From the NCBI GenBank assembly GCA_028704555.1, contig JAQWFD010000007.1, positions 10,764-74,763 on the forward strand: a stretch of 64,000 nt of DNA. The letters are read 5' to 3'. Below are positions 9,837 through 20,320 of the stretch, piece after piece; position 1 is the stretch's first letter; each line of letters begins with the position of its first letter. This stretch comes from Desulfobacterales bacterium (GTDB lineage: Bacteria > Desulfobacterota > Desulfobacteria > Desulfobacterales > JAQWFD01). The translations under genes and the position numbers were made by a program. Below the pieces are notes generated by a model. The model was not told the origin of the DNA. It ran no database searches and saw only the letters and a program-made list of their open reading frames with translations.

Positions 9837-11096
9837 TTACCGGTCCATTTTACAAAACAATTCAATCCGATCCCGGGTACCACGAATGACTGCCAGCATT
9901 AAAGACAGGTATTCGCGAAGATGACGTGTCAGGAGAAAATTTTCTCTGACGTAGGTTCTGGCTTTGGCGCCCATTTCATCCAGTTTCTCCCGGTTGTTGA
10001 GCAGATAACGGATGCGAAGTGCAGCCCCTTCCGGCGTATTGACCAGAAATCCGGTATGATTGTCGATCACCTGCCGGCGAATACCGCCGGTATTCCCTCC
10101 GATAACCGGTTTGCCTTTCCACATGGCTTCGGTAACGGTCAGTCCGAATCCTTCTTTGAGCGATTTTTGAAGCGATATATCGGCGATGCGCTGGAGGGCG
10201 TTGATGGTGCGATGGGCATCGGACGGAAGCAGCAGCACGTGAATATCCGGATCATCCTGAGCAATGCTTTTGACCTCGGACAGGACTTCTTCGCCTTCGG
10301 GGTCATCCGAAGCGCCTCCGCCGGCCAGCACCAGCTGCAGACGCGGATTGAACTCTTTGGCCAGCCGATAGGAACGGATGACGCCGACCGGGTCCTTGAA
10401 ACGATCAAATCTGGAGACCTGAACGAGTATGGGCCGTTCTCTGTCCAATCCGTATGTGGTGCAGACTGTATCGATTTCTTCGGGACATAACTCGGCGTTT
10501 TTATCACTTAACGGATCGATGCTCGGCGGTATGATGTATAACGGATGGGGCATGGGACGGGCAAAATCGGGCAGGGACCAGATGCTCGCGTCATATCCTA
10601 ATATGTACTGTCTTAAATATTTCCAGACGGGGCGGTGAGGGCGGCTGGCATCGATATGACACCGCCATATCCATTTGCCTTTCCGGTTGCTGCACAGGTT
10701 GAGCAGCGGTGCGGGTTGCGGATCATGGATAACTACGATATCGGCATCCTCCAGATCATTTCGGAGTTTTTCAAAATTGGTTTGATTCGTATGCTCGTAG
10801 GCGGTTAGCAGCGATTGCGATATGTCCTCACGGGTTCCCTGAAGTCCATTGTGCATTTTTTTGGTGCACTGGTAAAAATCCGATTCACCGGTGATGACGT
10901 GCCAGATCGCATTCAAGCCGAGTTCCTGCTTCAGGGGAATCAGATTATGCAGTATCTCAGCCACGCCCCCGCCTTCTTTGGTGGAATTGACATGGACCAC
11001 CTTGATGCCTTTGAGCGATTCAGCCACCTGCCTCAGATGATTGATAACGTCAGTGCCGGCGACCATTGCATAGTTGTCAAGTTTACTGGCCATCAT
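9837..11096 (-). CDS. treT: trehalose synthase, TreT-type GT4 glycosyltransferase
   Basis: 419 aa. [48 protein letters not shown] and [20 protein letters not shown] closely track my memory of archaeal/Thermotoga TreT. The assignment is from memory only. Confidence 0.7.
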   Translation of the reverse strand: MMASKLDNYAMVAGTDVINHLRQVAESLKGIKVVHVNSTKEGGGVAEILHNLIPLKQELGLNAIWHVITGESDFYQCTKKMHNGLQGTREDISQSLLTAYEHTNQTNFEKLRNDLEDADIVVIHDPQPAPLLNLCSNRKGKWIWRCHIDASRPHRPVWKYLRQYILGYDASIWSLPDFARPMPHPLYIIPPSIDPLSDKNAELCPEEIDTVCTTYGLDRERPILVQVSRFDRFKDPVGVIRSYRLAKEFNPRLQLVLAGGGASDDPEGEEVLSEVKSIAQDDPDIHVLLLPSDAHRTINALQRIADISLQKSLKEGFGLTVTEAMWKGKPVIGGNTGGIRRQVIDNHTGFLVNTPEGAALRIRYLLNNREKLDEMGAKARTYVRENFLLTRHLREYLSLMLAVIRGTRDRIELFCKMDR

Positions 11097-11755
11097 GCCT
11101 CCCTTTTGTTAAAATAGGCATATAAAATAGTGACAAGCTGGTTGCGTAATTCCGTCAGGCTGTTAAAATATGGATCAATAGCAGCGATATCATCGGCAAG
11201 GGTTGTAAATTGGCCATCGATTCCTCTCAACCATTCTGAAAAATCATTTTCTCCTGAAACGGTTCTCCGGCGGGAGTCAATAAAATGGTAGAAAATACTG
11301 CTGGAAGACATTTTGCTGACGGTTTCGGGCAATTTTTCCGGATTGCTGATACGAATACACGTATCAAATACGATGATTTGAGAACGGAGCAGAAAAAACG
11401 GATGATCCACATGAATCCAGGGATTGAAGTCTTCCTCATCCATTCGATCCTCGATGACATCTATGACTTTCCGGCGCAGATCATCCATGCGGCTAAAGTC
11501 CGTCGGGTTCAGTATGGCCAGCCTTTCGGCCAGGCGATGGTCATGGAGATCATTCCAGGCCCAGGCAGCAAAATCATTCTGATACTCCCGATCGACAAAA
11601 CGCGGACGCAGCAGTGTGTCCCAGAAATGATAATACATGATTCCGAAATCGTCATTGGCTGTCAAACGGTCCTGTAATTCTCTCAGGGTGTGGGCTTTTT
11701 CACCTGTTGCGATGGCGAGCAGAGCACAATCCAGCACACCAAACGGATTGGCCAT
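11093..11755 (-). CDS. conserved hypothetical protein translationally coupled to treT (DUF5752-like, from memory)
   Basis: 220-aa ORF whose TGA overlaps the treT ATG in an ATGA overlap at 11093-11096. It has no enzymatic motif I recognise. Confidence 0.45.
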   Translation of the reverse strand: MANPFGVLDCALLAIATGEKAHTLRELQDRLTANDDFGIMYYHFWDTLLRPRFVDREYQNDFAAWAWNDLHDHRLAERLAILNPTDFSRMDDLRRKVIDVIEDRMDEEDFNPWIHVDHPFFLLRSQIIVFDTCIRISNPEKLPETVSKMSSSSIFYHFIDSRRRTVSGENDFSEWLRGIDGQFTTLADDIAAIDPYFNSLTELRNQLVTILYAYFNKREA

Positions 11756-11957
11756 GGTCCTCTCCTTTCATGATTACGATTGATGAAGAATGTTACTAAG
11801 ATACGTGAAGACTTGCTGTTGCCGTGATATTATGCCGAGACGAGAAACGTTCAGTTGTCAGGTAATTTTACATAATCATCATATAAAGCCTGCGATATCT
11901 TTTCAAGAAAAACCTTTCTCCTGACCAGGGCAACGATTATTTTAAAAGGAACCTTTC

Positions 11958-13544
11958 ATGAATATTTTGATAATGGCATCGGAAAATGACGGTATCAAAG
12001 GCGGCAAGGTCGGTGGCCTGGGCGATGTGATCAGGGATGTTCCGCCGGCCCTTGCAGCACGTGGCCATATGGTGCATGTGGTGACGCCTTCATATGGCTT
12101 TTTGCATCGGATCAACGATTCCAGGCAAACCGGGACCGTCGGGTTCATGTTCTCCGGTCGGTTTCATGAAGCGGATCTGTATGAGGTTCAAGGGAAAAAC
12201 CACCATTCCCACATTCGCCTTTCGGTTATTGAACATCCCGTTTTTGCTTCCCAAGACAATCGGGGGGATCATTCGTTTTATTCTTTTGACCCGCCGGATC
12301 GTCCCTTTGCATCGGATGCGACGAAATTTGCGCTTTTCTGCATGGCAATCGCAAAAGCGGTTACAGATGGCGTGTTTGGCCGTTTGGACTGCATTCATCT
12401 GCATGACTGGCACATGGGTTTTTTCCTTATCCTGAGGGCATTTCATCCGGAGATGAAAGGGCTTCAACAGATTCGAAGTGTTTTCAGCATTCATAACCTG
12501 GCTCTCCAGGGAATTCGCCCGTTTCGCAACAGTGATTCATCGCTGGAAGCATGGTATCCAGGGCTCGGTTACAATCCGGATCTTCTTTCCGACCCCCGGT
12601 GGCGGAATTGCGTGAATCCAATGGCGTCGGCTATTCGATTAGCGGATGCAGTGCACACGGTTTCTCCTGCCTATGCCGATGAAATTCTTCATCCCAGCAG
12701 GCAGCCCATGTTTTACGGTGGGGAAGGACTTGAAGCCGATCTGGTGCAAGCCAGGGACAAGCACCGCCTGTCTGGTATTCTCAATGGCTGTGCTTATCCG
12801 GAATCGCACCAGCCTGCCAGGATGAAGTGGCAGGCGCTGCTGAAATTGCTGTCCAACGCTGTTATTCAATGGTGCGGGAAAAGCCATACGGTTCCGGCAG
12901 CCCATTTTATTGCCTGTGAACGGCTCAAACAGCTTGAGCGATTATCCCAAAAGCCGGATATGGTGATGACAACGGTCAGCCGGGTCGTTGAACAGAAACT
13001 GTATTTGATGAAAGCGCCCGGATCTGTTCAGATGACGGGTCAGATGTCCGGTCTGGACCAACTCCTGAGAGATATCGAAGGCCATGGCGTCTATCTGTTT
13101 CTTGGCGCCGGTGACCCGGAATATGAATGGTTTTTGACACAGATGAGTTCCCGGTACCGTCATTTTGTGTTTTTAAACGGGTATTCGGAGGATTGCGCAC
13201 AGGCGTTATACGCAAACGGGGATCTTTTTGTTATGCCCAGCAGTTTTGAACCCTGCGGAATCAGCCAGATGCTGGCCATGCGTGACGGCCAGCCCTGCCT
13301 CGTCCATAATGTGGGGGGGTTAAAAGATACGGTTCAACACGGATACAATGGGTTTGTTTTCAATGGGAACACTGTCATCGAGATGGTGGATGATTTTATC
13401 AGGACAGGCAGGGAAGCAGCTGAAATAAAACTGAATGCCCCGGATAAATGGAAGAAAATATGCCGCCAGGCATCGGATTGCCGATTTCTGTGGGATGACT
13501 CGATTGGGCAATATGTTAAGGGACTGTATGAGGGGAAGGGATAG
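11958..13544 (+). CDS. glgA: glycogen/starch synthase (GT5)
   Basis: MNILIMASENDGIKGGKVGGLGDVIRDVPPALAARGH carries the K-x-GGL-x-DV motif. The C-terminal SSFEPCGISQM matches GT5/GT-B. Confidence 0.85.
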   Translation: MNILIMASENDGIKGGKVGGLGDVIRDVPPALAARGHMVHVVTPSYGFLHRINDSRQTGTVGFMFSGRFHEADLYEVQGKNHHSHIRLSVIEHPVFASQDNRGDHSFYSFDPPDRPFASDATKFALFCMAIAKAVTDGVFGRLDCIHLHDWHMGFFLILRAFHPEMKGLQQIRSVFSIHNLALQGIRPFRNSDSSLEAWYPGLGYNPDLLSDPRWRNCVNPMASAIRLADAVHTVSPAYADEILHPSRQPMFYGGEGLEADLVQARDKHRLSGILNGCAYPESHQPARMKWQALLKLLSNAVIQWCGKSHTVPAAHFIACERLKQLERLSQKPDMVMTTVSRVVEQKLYLMKAPGSVQMTGQMSGLDQLLRDIEGHGVYLFLGAGDPEYEWFLTQMSSRYRHFVFLNGYSEDCAQALYANGDLFVMPSSFEPCGISQMLAMRDGQPCLVHNVGGLKDTVQHGYNGFVFNGNTVIEMVDDFIRTGREAAEIKLNAPDKWKKICRQASDCRFLWDDSIGQYVKGLYEGKG

Positions 13545-13697
13545 TAGGGAGTAGGGAGTAGGGAGTAGGGAGTAGGGAGAGAAAGATAGGGGGCGGGTAA
13601 AAGAGTATAAGGTTTAGGGTACAGGGATAAAGGGGAAAGTGGTCTGTATTTCTGCCTACTCCCTACTGCTTACTCTGCCCTCTGCCCTCCGTCCCCC
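13545..13697. repeat. (TAGGGAG)x5 run plus inverted heptamer units between convergent genes
   Basis: TAGGGAG occurs five times in exact tandem at 13545-13579, starting on the base after the glgA TAG. The inverted copy CTACTCCCTAC lies at 13656-13666. TCTGCCC units at 13671-13690 run up to the kinase stop. Confidence 0.85.
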
Positions 13698-16532
13698 TTA
13701 ACTTATTTTTTTAAGCAATTCGAGCGCTTCATCGTACTCATAATCATGAATATGTCTTTCGAGAGCCTGCCGGTTCGGTGGGTCAAAAAACGGGCTGACC
13801 GATTTTAAATGGCGGTAGACACCGATTGGATCATAATGAATCAGGGCGTCGGTCAACAATTGCAGTTCGGGCTTGACATCGTTGCTCTCGTCCGGTTCAA
13901 TCTTTTCAACCGGGCTCTCGGTCAGTGTCTGCAAAGACGACAGAACCTGATTCAGCTTCTGTATCAGCGGGTCAATCAGGCTGGCATCCGGTGCTTCAGT
14001 GTCGTTTACGGTGGCGCTCTCAAGATCGTATGCGGCAGCGCGCAGGGGTTCGGCGCAAATATTGGCGGCACTTCCTTTGAGACTGTGGGCGATCAGATGA
14101 AGCTGCTTCCAGTCGTTTTTTTCAACACAGTCTTTTATTCTTTCTCCGGTTTGCAGATTGCTCTGATGAAATCCGGTCAGGATTCGTCTGAATATATCCG
14201 GGGCAATATTCAAGGCGGACAAAGCGCTTTGGATATCAATTCCGGGCAGTGTTGCGGGTAAAATATCTACAGAGCGCTGTTTCTTTTCATCCGGGTGCTC
14301 AAATTCAAGGGCAGGCTTGTCCGCCTCTGCGGGAGGCTCAACGGCCTTATATCGTTCGATGGCTTTCCAGAGAATCTGATACAGCCTGTCCTGACGGATG
14401 GGTTTGGAAATGTATGCGTCCATTCCCGCTTCAAGGCATTGTTTTTCAATGTCTTTTGTGGTGTCAGCCGTCATGGCGATGATCGGAAGATTTTTTAATT
14501 CCGGATTGTTACGAATCGTGAGGGTAGCCTCGTACCCGTCCATATCCGGCAGCTGAATGTCCATAAATACGGCATCGAAATCATGTTGTTTCAAGGCATT
14601 TAAGGCTTCAGTACCGTTTTTCGCAATGTGTACCGTAACACGAGCGGTTTCAAGCAGGACCTTTGCAATTTCCCGACTGGTTTCGTCGTCTTCAACAAGT
14701 AATACACGCAATCCTTTCAGTCTGTGTTGATTCAGAGCGGAGCGGCTCTTAACGGATGTCTGTCGGACCGGATATCGGAATACCTGTTTTCCGAATGCAT
14801 CCATGATTGCGTTAAACACGGCGGCGGGTGACATCGGTTTCATCAGAAAACCGTTGATCCCCGTTTTTACGGTATCCATTTTTTCATTTTCAATACCGTA
14901 TACGGACATGAGTATAATTGGAATGTCCAGCTGTAAATCCTGTCTGATTTTTTTCGATGTCTCTATTCCGTTCATATCCGGCATGTTGAAATCTATCATG
15001 ATCAGCGAAAAGGGGACTTCCGTACTTTGGGTGCCTTTGAGCATGTCCAGTGCGTCAATTCCGGATGACACGGCTGTCACATGGAATCTGAAAAATTCGA
15101 GGTACTTTCGGATGATATCCCGGCTGTCCGGGCAGTCATCAACGACCATTACCTTAAAGCCATCCATCTCATCAGGTACCGTTATCACCGGATATTCGAC
15201 CTCCGGCTGCAAATCAAATTCTGCGGTAAATGAAAATGTACTGCCTTTTCCCGGCTGGCTTTGAACCTGAATATCTCCATTCATCAGCCTGGCCACTTGA
15301 CTGCTGATACTCAGGCCGAGACCGGCCCCCTCATATTTGCGTGTGGTGGAAATATCCTCCTGTGTGAATGGTTTAAACAGCATTTGCTGATGCTTTTCAG
15401 ATATACCGATTCCGGTATCTTTCACAATAAATGATAATTGGATCCGGTTGGCGGACAGCTCCGATGCGGTTACACTGATCAGGATCATACCGTTGTTCGG
15501 AGTAAATTTTAAGGCGTTTCCGACCAGATTGTATAAAATCTGCTGAAGCCGGAGAGCATCTCCAATCAAAGCTTTTGGCATTTCCGGATCAATATCGGTG
15601 AGAAATTCGATTTGTTTTACCGCCGCTTTGCTGACAAACGTATTGGTAACCCGGTCAAGTATGTCATCGAGCCGGAACGGTTTGATGCTCAGAGCCAGTC
15701 TGCCGGCTTCGATTTTTGAAAAATCGAGAATGTCATTGATAATTCCGAGCAGGGAGCTGGCCGAGGCATGAATGATTTTCAGATAATGTTTTACTTTCGG
15801 CGAAATGGCCTCGCTCTGTGCCAGTTCAGCAGCTGCAATGACCCCATTCATGGGGGTTCGGATTTCATGGCTCATATTGGTTATAAAAGCGCTTTTTGCC
15901 CGGGTTGCGACCTCGGCCTCCTTTTTTGCCTGTTGAAGCTCTATCTCCATCTGAACCCGGTCGGTAATGTCCCTGCCTTCCGGTATCAGATATTCAATAT
16001 CGCCGGCAGGGTTTTTTACGGGTTTGAGTGAAAAGTCAAAATGATGCCATTGCCCGTCCGCGGTGGGATGAATCGATTCAAAACGGATAAATTCACCAGC
16101 GGCCGCTTTTGTTATGGCATCCTGAAGCCGGATCTGAAGATCCGGAGAATGGCTCCACCATGGGGTTTCCCATAAAAGTTTTCCTTTTATATCGGATTCG
16201 CGGACGCCGATGGCATCCAGAGCCGTCTGGTTGGCGGTTATGATCGTACCGTCGGGTGTCAGAAGGCCGATAAATTGAAATGTCTGATTGAATATGGTGT
16301 TCAGCTTTTTTTCATTTTCCTGTAACTGCTGTTTCATCATCCGGAAGTCAGATTTTTTTTTGAGAAGGAGCGTGGTGGCTCTGTTTAACTGGGCGGATCG
16401 TTTTTCGGCTAACTGTTCAAGCTGATCCCGGTGCTCCATCAGTTTTTTGTTTTGATGACAGAGGCGGGTTGTCTTTGACTCGAATTGTCTGATCCGCCGG
16501 ACCAGATTATCGTAAGTCCGTTGATCGTTCAT
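13698..16532 (-). CDS. hybrid sensor histidine kinase/response regulator (coiled coil, PAS, HisKA, HATPase, REC, REC, HPt)
   Basis: 944 aa. H-box SHEIRTPMNG, a G-box (GAGLGLSIS), two receiver domains (VMVVDDCPDS, VLLVEDDETS) and a C-terminal HPt-like HSLKGSAANI. Confidence 0.85.
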   Translation of the reverse strand: MNDQRTYDNLVRRIRQFESKTTRLCHQNKKLMEHRDQLEQLAEKRSAQLNRATTLLLKKKSDFRMMKQQLQENEKKLNTIFNQTFQFIGLLTPDGTIITANQTALDAIGVRESDIKGKLLWETPWWSHSPDLQIRLQDAITKAAAGEFIRFESIHPTADGQWHHFDFSLKPVKNPAGDIEYLIPEGRDITDRVQMEIELQQAKKEAEVATRAKSAFITNMSHEIRTPMNGVIAAAELAQSEAISPKVKHYLKIIHASASSLLGIINDILDFSKIEAGRLALSIKPFRLDDILDRVTNTFVSKAAVKQIEFLTDIDPEMPKALIGDALRLQQILYNLVGNALKFTPNNGMILISVTASELSANRIQLSFIVKDTGIGISEKHQQMLFKPFTQEDISTTRKYEGAGLGLSISSQVARLMNGDIQVQSQPGKGSTFSFTAEFDLQPEVEYPVITVPDEMDGFKVMVVDDCPDSRDIIRKYLEFFRFHVTAVSSGIDALDMLKGTQSTEVPFSLIMIDFNMPDMNGIETSKKIRQDLQLDIPIILMSVYGIENEKMDTVKTGINGFLMKPMSPAAVFNAIMDAFGKQVFRYPVRQTSVKSRSALNQHRLKGLRVLLVEDDETSREIAKVLLETARVTVHIAKNGTEALNALKQHDFDAVFMDIQLPDMDGYEATLTIRNNPELKNLPIIAMTADTTKDIEKQCLEAGMDAYISKPIRQDRLYQILWKAIERYKAVEPPAEADKPALEFEHPDEKKQRSVDILPATLPGIDIQSALSALNIAPDIFRRILTGFHQSNLQTGERIKDCVEKNDWKQLHLIAHSLKGSAANICAEPLRAAAYDLESATVNDTEAPDASLIDPLIQKLNQVLSSLQTLTESPVEKIEPDESNDVKPELQLLTDALIHYDPIGVYRHLKSVSPFFDPPNRQALERHIHDYEYDEALELLKKIS

Positions 16533-16973
16533 CAGGATTTCCTCGTTCGTTTACCAAGGGGGAATTGGGGAACAGCTGATCCGTGTCGCAGTTCTTATTA
16601 TATACTGATAAAACAGATAGTTATTTAATAATATGAGTGGATTGCATGAAAATTTAATCCTTGCCAATCCGTGACGGATTAATGTATGAAATTCGGTTAA
16701 TATATTTATTTATAACCATAGGCCGTGATTTTGTAAATTCAATTTTGAAATAGCGCACGGCCATTGCTGATTTATTATTTTACTTTGGGCCTCGGAAGGA
16801 ATTAATTGCCACAGCCTTGCTTGTTTTTTTGTCCGTCTTCTGCGTTGCATCAAAGAGCACATGCAGCAAGCATGCACTTTTTGAATGCGCCTTGAAGACG
16901 AATAAAAATCCTGCCCAATTTTTGTGGAATTAATGCCTTCCGAGGCCCTTAAAAGACAGCGAGCGAGATACAC

Positions 16974-17540
16974 ATGAAAAAAGACATGATAGAAATCAGA
17001 TGGCACGGAAGGGGAGGGCAGGGGGCGATTACCGCAGCCAAAATCGTTGCGAAAGCCGCCTTTGAATCCGGCTACCCGGGCGTCGTGATGGTGCCGTCAT
17101 TCGGTACCGAACGCAGGGGGGCACCGGTAATGACCTCTTTGAAAATATCCAGGCAGAAAATATATGACCTTTCTCCGAGCCTGACTCCGGGCATGGTCGT
17201 TGTGCTGGATCATATGCTTCTTGAAGAAGTGGATGTGACCGCGGGGTTGAAGCCGGGCGGGTGTATGATCCTGAACTCCTCCGTTGAACCGGCTACCCTG
17301 GATTTTCCGTGGATTACGATTGCGGTTGCGGATATCAATTCCATTGCCGCAGAGGCCGGGCTGCCAAAAGCCATTGTAAATACCGGAATCATCGGCGCAT
17401 TTGCCAAAGCCGCCGGATTTTTGGATATGAATGTATTGGTCCCGATTATAGAGGATGAGTTTCGGAAGATCAGGCCGGAAGAAAATGCCCTGGCGGCAAG
17501 GCTTGCTTACGAACGGACACGTGTGGAGGTGTGCAGATGA
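16974..17540 (+). CDS. 2-oxoacid:ferredoxin oxidoreductase, gamma subunit (POR/VOR type)
   Basis: IRWHGRGGQGAITAAKIVAKAAF is the typical gamma-subunit start. It is the first gene of a gamma-delta-alpha-beta cluster. Substrate (pyruvate or another 2-oxoacid) cannot be assigned from sequence. Confidence 0.8.
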   Translation: MKKDMIEIRWHGRGGQGAITAAKIVAKAAFESGYPGVVMVPSFGTERRGAPVMTSLKISRQKIYDLSPSLTPGMVVVLDHMLLEEVDVTAGLKPGGCMILNSSVEPATLDFPWITIAVADINSIAAEAGLPKAIVNTGIIGAFAKAAGFLDMNVLVPIIEDEFRKIRPEENALAARLAYERTRVEVCR

Positions 17541-17845
17541 CAAACCCGGATTCTAACTGTAAGTTCTCATATAGTCGTCCCGGTCCGGGCGATGGGGGCC
17601 ATACCGGTTCATGGCGGGTGCTGCGGCCGGTTATTGACATGGATAAATGTACGCCTGCCAGAAAAAAGGCACCGGCCTGTTTCATGTGCTGGCTGTATTG
17701 CCCCGAAGGGGTCGTATCCCGCACTATTCCCCCAACGATCGATTACCAGTACTGTAAAGGGTGCGGAATATGCGCCGAACAATGCCCGGTTCATGCCATT
17801 AAGATGGTTGAGGAAAGCGGATTGACTGCAAAGGAGGAGGACTGA
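17531..17845 (+). CDS. 2-oxoacid:ferredoxin oxidoreductase, delta subunit (2x[4Fe-4S])
   Basis: 104 aa with cysteine clusters CTPARKKAPACFMCWLYCP and CKGCGICAEQCP. It overlaps the gamma stop by 10 nt. Confidence 0.8.
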   Translation: MQMTNPDSNCKFSYSRPGPGDGGHTGSWRVLRPVIDMDKCTPARKKAPACFMCWLYCPEGVVSRTIPPTIDYQYCKGCGICAEQCPVHAIKMVEESGLTAKEED

Positions 17846-17849
17846 GACC

Positions 17850-19061
17850 ATGCATATCATTGAATCAGGCAATGTGGCAGCGGCGTGGGGCGTAAAGCTG
17901 TCAAAAGCACAGGTGGTGGCGGCCTACCCCATTACTCCCCAGACGCCGCTGACCGAAAAGCTCTCGGAACTGATCGAATCCGGTGAAATGAAAGCCCAGT
18001 ATATTCCGGTTGAAAGTGAACACAGCGCGCTGGCCGTGTGTATCGCCGCATCCACCACCGGTGCCAGGGCCTTTACGGCCACGAGCGCAAATGGACTGTT
18101 GTATATGAATGAGCAGATTCACTGGGCAGCAGGCGCACGGCTGCCGCTGGTGATGTGTGTCGTAAACCGGGGCGTCGGGGCGCCGTGGACGATCTGGAAT
18201 GATCATCAGGATTCCATGTCACAGAGGGATACCGGATGGATTCAGATATATGCCTGTGATCATCAGCAGATTATCGACACGGTGATCAAAGCCTTCCGGC
18301 TGGCAGAAACGGTCAGTATTCCCGTAATGGTCTGTTATGACGGCTATCTGCTGTCTCATACCTATATGCCCTTTGATGTACCCGATGAAACGCAGGTGGA
18401 TAGATTCCTGCCATCGTATCGGCCCGAACGGTTTCTGGACCCGAATATGCCGGCCAACTTCAATACGGTCACACTGCCGGAGTCCCGGCCGGACCTGCAG
18501 GGTGAACCGGCGCCCGGATATATGGAATTCAGGACCCTGCTGCACAAGGATATGCGAAATGCCCTGAATACGGCAGCTGACATTGAACAGGCGTTTTCAG
18601 AGGCGTTTGGCCGCGGCGGTGATCCGTTCATCGAGGCCTGGCGATGTGAGGATGCCGACTGTATCGCGGTGGCGCTGGGGTCTCTGGCCTACCAGCTCAG
18701 GGATGTGGTGGATGTGCTTCGCGAGGAGGGGATCAGGGCCGGTGTCGCGGCGATTCGCATTTATCGACCGTTTCCGGATGAGGCGGTTTTCCGGTTGCTG
18801 GCCGGAGCCAAAAAGGTGATCGTGTTTGAAAAGGCGCTGAGTTACGGCTATGAAGGGCCGCTTTGCGCGGATATAAAATCGGCGCTGTATGCCCATCTAT
18901 CGAGTTTGCCGGAGCGGCCCGATGTGCAGGGGGTCATCCTGGGACTTGGCGGCAGAGAGATTAAAACCGATGATCTGGTCGATGTGTTTCGACAATCGTG
19001 CAAAGATGACCGTGCGTCAGGCAAAACAAAGTGGTTAGGGCTCGCGCAAAAACAATTATAA
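17850..19061 (+). CDS. 2-oxoacid:ferredoxin oxidoreductase, alpha subunit
   Basis: AAYPITPQTPLTEKL, IPVESEHSALAVCIAAS.TGARAFTATSANGL and RDTGWIQIY are the alpha-subunit signature. Confidence 0.85.
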   Translation: MHIIESGNVAAAWGVKLSKAQVVAAYPITPQTPLTEKLSELIESGEMKAQYIPVESEHSALAVCIAASTTGARAFTATSANGLLYMNEQIHWAAGARLPLVMCVVNRGVGAPWTIWNDHQDSMSQRDTGWIQIYACDHQQIIDTVIKAFRLAETVSIPVMVCYDGYLLSHTYMPFDVPDETQVDRFLPSYRPERFLDPNMPANFNTVTLPESRPDLQGEPAPGYMEFRTLLHKDMRNALNTAADIEQAFSEAFGRGGDPFIEAWRCEDADCIAVALGSLAYQLRDVVDVLREEGIRAGVAAIRIYRPFPDEAVFRLLAGAKKVIVFEKALSYGYEGPLCADIKSALYAHLSSLPERPDVQGVILGLGGREIKTDDLVDVFRQSCKDDRASGKTKWLGLAQKQL

Positions 19062-19110
19062 ACGGATTTTTGTGCGAACCCTTGGCCTGAAGATACAGGA
19101 GTAAAAACAT

Positions 19111-20013
19111 ATGCAAGCGAAAACCAGTATATTAAGCCTTCCTGAAGAGGAATTCATTCATCCCGGTAATCGGGCCTGCTCTGGCTGCGGACTGGGCATT
19201 GCCTATAGAATCGGGCTCAAGGCTCTTGGGAAAGATACGATTCTGGTGGTTCCCCCCAGCTGTCTGACAGTTCTTCAGGGACTTTATCCCATAGCCTCCA
19301 CGAAACTGCCGTGTCTCAACGTGACGTTTGCCTCCACGGCAGCGGGCGCCACTGGTGTCCTCGGTGCCCTGAAGGCGCTGGGAAGAACAAAAACAACCGT
19401 AGCTGCCTGGGCAGGTGACGGCGGAACCGGCGATATCGGCATCCAGGCGCTGTCCGGCGCTTCAGAACGGCAGGAAAACTTTATTTATATCTGCTATGAC
19501 AATGAAGCCTACATGAATACGGGGGTACAGCGGTCCGGTACCACACCGCACGGGGCGCTGACGTCAAACACCCCGTTGTTAGGCAAACTTCAGCAGAAAA
19601 AAGATGTCCCTTCGATCATGTCCGCTCACGGCATACCCTATGTGGCATCGTGTTCGGCGGCCTATCCCCTGGATCTGTATGATAAAATCCGGAAGGCCAG
19701 AACCATTACCGGAACCAGGTATATCCACATCCATACACCTTGTCCGTCCGGATGGGGATTTGATCCGAAATATACGGTAAAAATGGGACAGATGGCCGTG
19801 CAAAGCGGCCTGTTTGATCTGTATGAAATTGAAAACGGGCAGTTCCGCCTGACCGGCCCGTCTGCAAAACTGATGACAACCGGCAAAATGGCTGATGTCG
19901 AAGATTATCTCAAGTCACAGCGCCGTTTTCGGATTTTATCCGCAGAGCAGATTTCACAGCTTCGTCAGCAGATACAGACGAAATGGGATGGGTACAGGAA
20001 GGCTTTAAGCTGA
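19111..20013 (+). CDS. 2-oxoacid:ferredoxin oxidoreductase, beta subunit (TPP-binding)
   Basis: Supported by CSGCG near the N-terminus, the GDGGTGDIG TPP motif and YDNEAYMNTGVQRS. Confidence 0.85.
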   Translation: MQAKTSILSLPEEEFIHPGNRACSGCGLGIAYRIGLKALGKDTILVVPPSCLTVLQGLYPIASTKLPCLNVTFASTAAGATGVLGALKALGRTKTTVAAWAGDGGTGDIGIQALSGASERQENFIYICYDNEAYMNTGVQRSGTTPHGALTSNTPLLGKLQQKKDVPSIMSAHGIPYVASCSAAYPLDLYDKIRKARTITGTRYIHIHTPCPSGWGFDPKYTVKMGQMAVQSGLFDLYEIENGQFRLTGPSAKLMTTGKMADVEDYLKSQRRFRILSAEQISQLRQQIQTKWDGYRKALS

Positions 20014-20118
20014 AAATATATTCAACACACCACAATCTGTCTTTTCTTTAATCTGCGGAAAATATTTTTTTTGACAGATTACGCAGATTGTTATTAATAT
20101 TTTTTCAGAAATAAATCA

Positions 20119-20167
20119 GGTCTTCAACGCCCCCCCTTCAGAGGCGTTGAAGACCCTTCTTGTTTTT
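20119..20167 (+). terminator. rho-independent terminator after the oxidoreductase operon
   Basis: The hairpin GGTCTTCAACGCC/GGCGTTGAAGACC (13-bp stem) is followed by CTTCTTGTTTTT. Confidence 0.7.
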
Positions 20168-20173
20168 ATGGTT

Positions 20174-20202
20174 TTGACACGTTGAACGACATTTATTATA
20201 CT
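20174..20202 (+). promoter_or_regulatory. sigma70-type promoter candidate for the octaheme cytochrome gene
   Basis: TTGACA (20174-20179), a 17-nt spacer, then TATACT (20197-20202). It lies about 120 nt upstream of the ATG at 20321. Confidence 0.5.
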
Positions 20203-20320
20203 TCAGTAAATGTTCCTGTCCGATAGAAATCCCCCGAATCTTCATAGCATTTCCAGTTTATAGGCGGTCGAAAATATTAACCGCGTGTTTTTTTACTCAT
20301 ATTTCCAAGAAGGAGGCCTT

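Noticed and set aside
16533-16973. TTGCCACAGCCTTGCT in the kinase/oxidoreductase divergent region, a possible sigma54 promoter.
   Set aside because: The -24 element reads GC instead of the invariant GG, so it does not meet the consensus. The site at 50549 does.
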